64,000 nt of DNA from Clostridia bacterium (lineage in GTDB: Bacteria > Bacillota > Clostridia > Oscillospirales > QAMX01): assembly GCA_017441705.1 (NCBI GenBank), contig JAFRWU010000009.1:2657-66656 (forward strand), given 5' to 3'. Of this stretch, positions 45,538-52,957 are shown one piece after another. Each line of letters starts with the position of its first letter. The stretch's first letter is position 1. The notes beneath the pieces are model-generated. The model was not told the origin of the DNA. It worked only from the letters and a program-made list of their open reading frames with translations, and searched no databases. The position numbers were made by a program, and so were the translations under genes.

Positions 45538-47040
45538 ATGCAGAAAATCGGTTTTGACGGCGATAAGTACATCAGGATCCAGCGTGAAAAAATAACCGAA
45601 CGCATCGAAAGCCTCGGCGGAAAGCTTTATCTGGAATTCGGCGGAAAGCTTTTCGACGATCAGCACGCGGCCAGCGTCCTTCCCGGATACCGGCCCAACG
45701 GCAAGCTGGAGGTATTGAAAACCTTCCAGGAGGATGCGGAAATCATCCTGTGCATCAGCGCCAAGGACATCGAAAGCAACAAGATGAGAAGCGATCTGGG
45801 CATTACCTATGAAATGGACGTTCTGCGTCATATGGATAAGCTGCGCGCCATGGGATTTCACATCGCAGCCGTCGTGATCACTCTTTTCACCGGGCAGGAG
45901 GCCGCGTTCAAATTCAGAAACATGCTTGAAAACCGCGGAGAAAACGTATACATCCACCGACCGACGCTTGGATATCCCACCGACGTGAACACCATTGTCA
46001 GCGACGTCGGATACGGCGCGAATCCCTACGTTGAAACCACGAGACCGCTGGTCATCGTCACGGCTCCGGGACCCGGAAGCGGCAAGCTTGCCACCTGCCT
46101 TTCGCAGCTCTATCACGAATACCGTCTCGGCAAAAAAGCCGGATACGCCAAGTTTGAAACCTTCCCCATCTGGAACCTTCCCCTGAAGCATCCCGTCAAC
46201 ATGGCGTATGAAGCGGCTACCGCCGATCTCAAGGACGTGAATATGATCGATCCCTTCCACCTTGAGGCGTACGGCGTGTCCACCGTCAATTACAACCGCG
46301 ACGTCGAGGTCTTCCCCGTCGTGCGTACCATTCTGTCCAAAATCATGGGCGACAGCACGATCTACCGCTCTCCGACGGATATGGGCGTCAACATGGTCGG
46401 CTTCTGCATCTCGGATGACGACGCCGTCTGCGAAGCCGCGCGTCAGGAGATCATCCGCCGCTATTATCGCGCGCGTGTCGACGCGAAATCCGGGAAAAAG
46501 AGCAATGAGGAAGCCCAGAGGATCCTGCTTCTGATGAATGAAATGGGGATTCGCACCGAAGACCGGCGCGTGGTGGAGCCCGCGCTGAAACGCGCCGCTT
46601 CCATCGATCCGACGGGTACCGACGGACAAGTAGTCAGCCTTGAGCTTCCCGACGGCACCATCGTCACCGGCAGAAGCCACCCCATGATGAACGCCACCGC
46701 ATCGGTCCTGATCAACGCCATCAAACACGAGGCGGGAATCGCCGATGAAATCCATCTGATCTCCCCCGTCATTCTGGAACCGATGGTCAATATGAAGAAA
46801 AACATCCTTCACTCCAATTTCCCCGTCCTCAATGCAGAAGAGGTCCTCGCGGCTCTCAGCATATCGGCAGCGACGAATCCGACCGTGGCCTACGCCATCC
46901 AAAAGCTTCCGGATCTTGCCGGATGCGACGCCCACTCCTCCAGCATCATTTCCTCTCCGGACGCCAGCACCTATAAAAAGCTCGGGATCAAAATCACCTG
47001 CGAGCCCGAGTATCCCACAAAGAATCTTTATTTCCGCTGA
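45538..47040 (+). CDS. DUF1846 (UPF0371) family protein
   Basis: ATG 45538 follows AAAAGGAGA. 500 aa with N-terminus MQKIGFDGDKYIRIQREKI and LEFGGKLFDD, as I remember for UPF0371. The glycine-rich loop TAPGPGSGKLAT lies at residues 175-186. Confidence 0.75.
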   Translation: MQKIGFDGDKYIRIQREKITERIESLGGKLYLEFGGKLFDDQHAASVLPGYRPNGKLEVLKTFQEDAEIILCISAKDIESNKMRSDLGITYEMDVLRHMDKLRAMGFHIAAVVITLFTGQEAAFKFRNMLENRGENVYIHRPTLGYPTDVNTIVSDVGYGANPYVETTRPLVIVTAPGPGSGKLATCLSQLYHEYRLGKKAGYAKFETFPIWNLPLKHPVNMAYEAATADLKDVNMIDPFHLEAYGVSTVNYNRDVEVFPVVRTILSKIMGDSTIYRSPTDMGVNMVGFCISDDDAVCEAARQEIIRRYYRARVDAKSGKKSNEEAQRILLLMNEMGIRTEDRRVVEPALKRAASIDPTGTDGQVVSLELPDGTIVTGRSHPMMNATASVLINAIKHEAGIADEIHLISPVILEPMVNMKKNILHSNFPVLNAEEVLAALSISAATNPTVAYAIQKLPDLAGCDAHSSSIISSPDASTYKKLGIKITCEPEYPTKNLYFR

Positions 47041-47106
47041 TCCCCGCGAACCCTGCCGACTTACGCCGCCCTGCGGCAGAAGCAAATGCATAGAAAGGAG
47101 ACGCCC

Positions 47107-49035
47107 ATGTCTGCGATCCGCATATTGCCTCCCCAGCTTCGCGATCTGATCGCCGCAGGCGAGGTCTGCGAGCGACCGGCTTCGGTCGCGAAAGAGCTGG
47201 TGGAAAACGCTCTGGACGCCGGCGCGGAAAACATCACCGTCTGGATCGAAAGAGGCGGGCTCGGTCTGCTTCGCGTTTCGGACGACGGATGCGGGATGTC
47301 TCCGGAGGACGCGGTCCTCTGCTTTTCCCGGCACGCCACCAGCAAGCTTGCAGGCGACGATCTCACGGAGATCGTCACGATGGGGTTTCGCGGCGAAGCG
47401 CTTGCGGCGATTTCGGCTGTTTCCCGCGTCACGCTGATCACCCGCGAACGTTCCTCCGACGAAGGCACCCGCGTTTCGGCAGCCGCAGGCGATATCCTCT
47501 CCTCCGATCCCGTCGGATGTCCTGTCGGCACCAATATCTCGGTCGAAGATCTGTTTTTCAATACGCCCGCGCGTCTGAAATTCATGAAACGCGACGTCAG
47601 CGAAGCCGCGTCGGCCGAGGCGAGCGTTGAAGCCGCCGCTCTTTCCCATCCCGAGGTTTCCTTCCGCGTATTCAGAGACGGAAAAGAAACGCTGCACACC
47701 CCGGGAGACGGGAATCTTCTCACGGCGATATACTGCATCTACGGGCGTGAATTCGCGGGTAATCTGATGCCGCTCGAATATGCCTACAACGGCGTCCGCG
47801 TCAAAGGCTTTGCTTCCAGACCGACTGCCGGCCGCGGCAATCGGGCCATGCAGTTTTTCAGCGTCAACGGCCGTCCCATCAAATCGCGCATGCTCTCCGC
47901 GGCGCTCGACGAAGCCTATAAGAACACCATGCCGCCCGCGAAGCATGCGATCGCCTTCGTCGACATTTCCATGCCTTACGCCCTCGTAGACGTCAACGTG
48001 CATCCGACAAAATCCGAAGTCAAATTCGTGCGAGAACGCGACGTTTTCGATTCTCTTTACTTCGGGATCAAGACCATGCTTTCGGAGGATCCCTCGATCG
48101 AGTCGCCTGAAGAAGCTTCCGCGCCGCGGATACTCCGTTCGTCCGATCCCGCATCCTTCCCGCCGTCTGCCGAACGAAAAGAAAACGGCACGCCTTTCGC
48201 CTACCGGCAGAACGGCACGGCGGATCCTTCCCGGGCAGAACCTCTTTTCGCGCCCTACGGCATATCGCTGACTTCGAAGGAAGAAACCGGCTCCGGAAGC
48301 GTCGCGTCTCCGGATTTTCTCGCCGGATACGCCGCAGGGAACCGAACCGCCTCTGCGATCTCCTCCGAAGAACCGGACGGCACAGCGCATTCATTTGCTC
48401 TGCCGCGGGAAAAAGGAGGCGATCCCGTTCCGCCCGAGAAGCTACGGCTTGTCAAGGAAGACAAACCTTACCGGTTCAAGACCGAGCTCTTCCGCACGTA
48501 CGTGATCGCCGAAGGCGAAACGGACGCCTTCATCATCGATAAGCACGCCGCGCATGAGAGGATCCTTTACGAAGAGCTTCTTCGTCACGAAGGACCGCCG
48601 GATTCCCAGCTTCTTTTGACTCCGTTGGTCGTCCGGCTTACCCGTGACGAGTACTCGATCCTTCTTTCTTCCTTTGACGAACTGGAAAAGGCCGGATTTG
48701 AGATCGAGGATTTCGGAAGCGGGAGCCTGCTGGTCAGAAGAGTTCCCCTGTGCCTTGTGGGGACCGATATCGAAAAAGCCCTTGCCGAGACGGCGGCCGC
48801 GTTATCCGAGGGAAAACACGATAAACGCCTTTCGGTCAGAGAACGGCTGCTTTATTCCGTAGCCTGCCGCGCCGCGGTAAAGGGCGGTGAAAACACCACC
48901 GAAGCCGAGCTGGAATCGATCATAGCCCGCGTTCTGGATTTCGAGGATATCCGGTTTTGCCCTCACGGCCGTCCCTGCGTTTTCCGTATCACGAAAAGCG
49001 AACTGGAAAAACGCTTTGGGAGGATCGGGTCGTGA
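47107..49035 (+). CDS. mutL: DNA mismatch repair endonuclease MutL
   Basis: ATG 47107 follows AAAGGAGA. The GHKL ATPase motif is ELVENALDAGA. The endonuclease motif DKHAAHERILYE fits D[QMK]HA-x2-E-x4-E. Confidence 0.96.
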   Translation: MSAIRILPPQLRDLIAAGEVCERPASVAKELVENALDAGAENITVWIERGGLGLLRVSDDGCGMSPEDAVLCFSRHATSKLAGDDLTEIVTMGFRGEALAAISAVSRVTLITRERSSDEGTRVSAAAGDILSSDPVGCPVGTNISVEDLFFNTPARLKFMKRDVSEAASAEASVEAAALSHPEVSFRVFRDGKETLHTPGDGNLLTAIYCIYGREFAGNLMPLEYAYNGVRVKGFASRPTAGRGNRAMQFFSVNGRPIKSRMLSAALDEAYKNTMPPAKHAIAFVDISMPYALVDVNVHPTKSEVKFVRERDVFDSLYFGIKTMLSEDPSIESPEEASAPRILRSSDPASFPPSAERKENGTPFAYRQNGTADPSRAEPLFAPYGISLTSKEETGSGSVASPDFLAGYAAGNRTASAISSEEPDGTAHSFALPREKGGDPVPPEKLRLVKEDKPYRFKTELFRTYVIAEGETDAFIIDKHAAHERILYEELLRHEGPPDSQLLLTPLVVRLTRDEYSILLSSFDELEKAGFEIEDFGSGSLLVRRVPLCLVGTDIEKALAETAAALSEGKHDKRLSVRERLLYSVACRAAVKGGENTTEAELESIIARVLDFEDIRFCPHGRPCVFRITKSELEKRFGRIGS

Positions 49036-49967
49036 AGCCGAAGATCGTCGTTCTCGCGGGACCGACCGCATCGGGGAAAACCGCGCTTTCGATCTCGCTG
49101 GCGAAGCGTTTCCCCTTTGAGATCGTCTCCGCCGACTCCATGCAGATCTATCGCGGCATGGACGTCGCCACCGCGAAGCCGACCCCGGAAGAAAGAGAGG
49201 GCATCCCGCACTATATGCTCGATATCGCGGACCCCGCCCTTCCCTTTACAGTCTCTGATTACGTCAGAGGAGCGCTTGACGCCGTAAAGGAGATCGATTC
49301 TCACGGGAAAGTCCCGCTCGTCGTGGGCGGAACCGGTTTCTATATCAAAGCGCTTCTGGAAGGCGGCGATTTCGGGGAATGCACGCGCGATCCGTCATAC
49401 CGGGAAGAGCTTGCCGCCTTCGTCCGGGAAAAAGGCGAAACCGCTTTGTGGGAGAAGCTTCGCGATCTGGATCCGGCGCGCGCATCCGGCGTCCATCCGC
49501 ACAACGTAAAGCGCGTCATGCGCGCGCTGGAGGTCATCCGTGAAACGGGGAAAAAGGCCAGCGATCATGCTTTTTATGCGAAGGAGCCGCGCTTTGATTC
49601 TCTTTATCTCGTCCTGACGTTTGCCGATCGATCCGTTCTGAGAAGAAGGATCGAGAAGCGCGTCGACGCGATGTTTGCCTCAGGCTTATGGGAGGAGGCG
49701 GCTGCGATCGCCTCGCTCGGTCTTCCTTCCGACGCCACAAGCCTTCAGGCTATAGGCTACAAGGAGCTTTGGACGGCCGGCGATCCGAAGGAAGCGAGGG
49801 ATGCGCTCGTTCTGCGGACCGCACAATACGCCAAAAAGCAGACGACGTGGTTTCGCGGCGTGAAAAACGCGGTCCCGCTCGACGCCGAAAAGGAATTCCC
49901 GCTGCTTCTGGATGAGGCCGGAGAATTGATCGCTTCTTTTCTTTCGCCCTCCGGGGATCAGACATAA
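49032..49967 (+). CDS. miaA: tRNA dimethylallyltransferase MiaA
   Basis: The GTG start overlaps the mutL stop (GTGA). The P-loop GPTASGKT and SADSMQIYRGMDVATAKPT are present. Confidence 0.93.
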   Translation: MKPKIVVLAGPTASGKTALSISLAKRFPFEIVSADSMQIYRGMDVATAKPTPEEREGIPHYMLDIADPALPFTVSDYVRGALDAVKEIDSHGKVPLVVGGTGFYIKALLEGGDFGECTRDPSYREELAAFVREKGETALWEKLRDLDPARASGVHPHNVKRVMRALEVIRETGKKASDHAFYAKEPRFDSLYLVLTFADRSVLRRRIEKRVDAMFASGLWEEAAAIASLGLPSDATSLQAIGYKELWTAGDPKEARDALVLRTAQYAKKQTTWFRGVKNAVPLDAEKEFPLLLDEAGELIASFLSPSGDQT

Positions 49968-50001
49968 CGGCAAATTGCGCGAAATTTCTCACAGGAAAGC
50001 C

Positions 50002-50030
50002 TTGTAAAGACTATACCTCTGTGCTATAAT
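50002..50030 (+). promoter_or_regulatory. Promoter, TTGTAA-17 nt-TATAAT with TG extension
   Basis: TTGTAA at 50002-50007 and TGcTATAAT ending at 50030. Confidence 0.6.
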
Positions 50031-50146
50031 AAACAATAATTGGGTTGCCGTACCGGGACGTTTTCATCAAGCTCCGAACGGCGGCGTTTCGCTCTTGAAA
50101 TCCTGGCACGGCGCAGGGACGCGCCCTTATCAGAAAGGAAACCGAC

Positions 50147-51391
50147 GTGCTGAGAAAAACCTTCCGTTACGGCCGCGTGATCTTCGGAACCATTCTGGCC
50201 GTCGTGTTGGCATATATCATTTATCAGGCTGTCAACGCTTTGGGCAGCACTCTGAAAACCGTGCACGCTTCGCTGATCACCGCGGGGAAATCTGTCAGCG
50301 GAGACGCGCTTTTCGTCCGCGACGAATTTCTCCTTCCCGATCTTTCGGCGTCCATCTATTCTCTGAATCTGAAGGACGGAGAAAAGGTTTCTGCCGGCGG
50401 CGTCTACGGAAACGTTTATGATTCGCCCGCCGCGCTGAATTCCTACCGGGAAAACCTCGAAGCGAGCGAAATCGCCGAGCGGCTTACAAAGATCGCTTCC
50501 GCCTTCAACGATTCCTACGAGGTGCCGGAGCTGAACCGTGCCATCATATCCCTGACGGCGCGGCGGCCCTCCGAAGGCCAGCCGACGGGCGATCTGAAGG
50601 GATTGAAAAGCGAGTTTGCGCTGACCCTTCTGAAAAGATCCTACGCGCTCGGCAGCCGTACCGATCTTTCCAACGAGCTCAACCGGTATGTGATGCTGAC
50701 AGAAAACTACGAACGGAACAAAGAACACGGATCCAGTACTCTGATTTCTTCCCGGGCCGGGTATTATTCCTCCTATGCCGACGGGTATGAAGAATATCTG
50801 ACCCTGGAGAACGCGGGCGAGCTCAACGCCGAAAAGGTCGACGCCATCATCGCCTCCCCCACCAGCGGAGACCGGGACCTGTCCGCCTGCCCCGGAAAGC
50901 TGGTCACCGATTTTCACTGGAAGATCCTGTTCCCCGTTTCTTCCCGGGACGCTTCGATCCTGACCGTCGGCAAACGCTACGAGATCGAACTGCAGGGCAG
51001 AAGGATCAGCGCGGTGCTCTCCGCCGCGACGGGGGATCCTGAAAAAGAAGAAAGACTGGTCCTGGTTTTCGACACGTCCGCCAATATCTCCGACTTCCTC
51101 TCGCTGCGCACGTCGAAAATCAAAGTCCTGGCGGAACAGTATACGGGATATCGAATCCCCTCCGACGCTCTGCGCGTCATCGACGGAAAAACGGGAGTCT
51201 TCTGTCTCCAGGGATACGTGGCGCGATTCGTCGAAGTCAAGATCCTCTGGAAAACCGATACGTTCTACGTCGTGGAAGCGGACCTGACCGGCACAGAAGG
51301 TCTGTTCACAAACGATACCATCATCATCAATACCCGCGGCCTTTACGACGGCAAAGTGGTCACCAATCAGCCGCAGTCCGACCAGCAGTAA
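50147..51391 (+). CDS. Membrane-anchored protein, possibly HlyD-family-like (barrel-sandwich/coiled-coil)
   Basis: GTG start follows AAAGGAAA. There is one N-terminal transmembrane segment (VIFGTILAVVLAYIIY); 414 aa. The family call comes from memory of similarly placed Clostridia genes. Confidence 0.45.
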   Translation: MLRKTFRYGRVIFGTILAVVLAYIIYQAVNALGSTLKTVHASLITAGKSVSGDALFVRDEFLLPDLSASIYSLNLKDGEKVSAGGVYGNVYDSPAALNSYRENLEASEIAERLTKIASAFNDSYEVPELNRAIISLTARRPSEGQPTGDLKGLKSEFALTLLKRSYALGSRTDLSNELNRYVMLTENYERNKEHGSSTLISSRAGYYSSYADGYEEYLTLENAGELNAEKVDAIIASPTSGDRDLSACPGKLVTDFHWKILFPVSSRDASILTVGKRYEIELQGRRISAVLSAATGDPEKEERLVLVFDTSANISDFLSLRTSKIKVLAEQYTGYRIPSDALRVIDGKTGVFCLQGYVARFVEVKILWKTDTFYVVEADLTGTEGLFTNDTIIINTRGLYDGKVVTNQPQSDQQ

Positions 51392-51434
51392 GCAAATCAG
51401 GAACTGAGTTCAAATACAGTATGGAGGTATAGAC

Positions 51435-51935
51435 ATGAGCAGCTTATGGGAAAAATTCAAAAACCTGACGAAGCCCGATGATTACGACGACGAGTACGAC
51501 GAATCCGCGGAAGAGAATCGCGGCGAAACCGAAGAGGAAGAACCGGCCCGTACGCGGCCCGTGCGCCGTCGTCCTTCCGCTTCTTCATTCGATATCCCGA
51601 CCGACGATCCCGCGCCGTCGGGCGTGAACGACGGCAAAGTCCTGAACATCAACACCACGACGCAGCTTCAGGTCGTTCTGGTAAAGCCCACGAAATTCGA
51701 AGATTCCATTGAGATCGCCAATTCGCTGAAAGCCATGCGCACCGTCGTCCTGAATCTGGAGTCGACCAACAAGGATATCGCGCGCCGCATCCTGGACTTC
51801 CTGTCCGGCGTCGCATACGCCAATCAGGGAAAGATCAAGAGAGTTGCCAACAACACCTATATCATCACCCCGTACAACGTTGGGATCTCCGGCGATCTGA
51901 TCGACGAACTCGAAAACAACGGCATGTATTTCTGA
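51435..51935 (+). CDS. sepF: Cell division protein SepF
   Basis: 166 aa with an acidic linker. The conserved core is VVLVKPTKFEDSIEIANSLKAMRTVVLNLES...RILDFLSGVAYA. Confidence 0.9.
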   Translation: MSSLWEKFKNLTKPDDYDDEYDESAEENRGETEEEEPARTRPVRRRPSASSFDIPTDDPAPSGVNDGKVLNINTTTQLQVVLVKPTKFEDSIEIANSLKAMRTVVLNLESTNKDIARRILDFLSGVAYANQGKIKRVANNTYIITPYNVGISGDLIDELENNGMYF

Positions 51936-51967
51936 CGACCAATTCTGAACATAAGGAGTAACGAACC

Positions 51968-52924
51968 ATGGCTATGATCACCTCTTCCGAAATCAAAAAC
52001 GCAACCTTTGGATACGCGATGCGCCGCGGCTACAAGCCCGAACAGGTAGACCAGCTTCTGGATCGCGCTTCCGATACGATCGATTCTCTCACCAAGGAAA
52101 ACGCCATCCTCAACGAGAGAATCCGCGCGCTCACCAGCCAGGTGGAAGAGCTTCGCGCCCGGGAAGGCTCGCTCAACGAGATCATGATCCGCGCTCAGAA
52201 GATGAGCGACGATATGATCGCAGAAGCTACCGCCAAGAGCAACAGCATGGTTGCCGACGCCGAACGCAAGAGCGAAGAGCTTCTCAGCTCCGCAAAAACA
52301 CTCGGCGAAAGCAAGATCAGCGAATACAAAGAATCCATCGCTCTGGAAAAGGCCAAGCTGGCGGAAGCCCGCGAAGAAGCCGCCGGTTTCATCGATCTGA
52401 TCGTCGGCGAGCTGACCACCCAGACGGAAATGATCGCGAAGATCAAGACCCGCGCGCACATCGAGGACGTAAAACCCTCTTCTTACCAGCCGGCCGCCCC
52501 TGCTCCGGTCAGCGAAACCGCTCCCGTCGCCGAACCCGCTCCGGCGCCGGAAAAGGAACCCGAACCCGCGGCTTTTGAACCTGAGCCGGCGCCTGCCGCA
52601 CCGTCAGAGCCGCAGGAGGCCGCCCCCCTTACTTTTGAAACGATCCAGGACGCCAAAGTATACGAGCCCGCTCCTCCCGTCTCCGAACCCGTGCGCAGAA
52701 ACGATACGGTTTCCGTTGCCGACGAAATTGCCGGACGCATCCTTCAGAACGCTCCGGCAGCCGAGCCCGCAGCACCCGCGCCCGCTCCGGCACCTTCCGG
52801 CGCCGGCATGAGCTGGGACGAGATCATCGGTCTGAAGACCGCCAGCAATCCGGCTCCCAAGACCGAGACGCCGGACGCCTCCTCTCTGAAGTTCGGAAAG
52901 GAATTTGACGTTACCATTCATTAA
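51968..52924 (+). CDS. divIVA: DivIVA domain protein
   Basis: The N-terminus ITSSEIKNATFGYAMRRGYKPEQVDQLLD is followed by a coiled coil and a P/A/E-rich low-complexity tail. Confidence 0.9.
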   Translation: MAMITSSEIKNATFGYAMRRGYKPEQVDQLLDRASDTIDSLTKENAILNERIRALTSQVEELRAREGSLNEIMIRAQKMSDDMIAEATAKSNSMVADAERKSEELLSSAKTLGESKISEYKESIALEKAKLAEAREEAAGFIDLIVGELTTQTEMIAKIKTRAHIEDVKPSSYQPAAPAPVSETAPVAEPAPAPEKEPEPAAFEPEPAPAAPSEPQEAAPLTFETIQDAKVYEPAPPVSEPVRRNDTVSVADEIAGRILQNAPAAEPAAPAPAPAPSGAGMSWDEIIGLKTASNPAPKTETPDASSLKFGKEFDVTIH

Positions 52925-52957
52925 TCTACAATCAACCGAAGGGATACTTTTTATACC

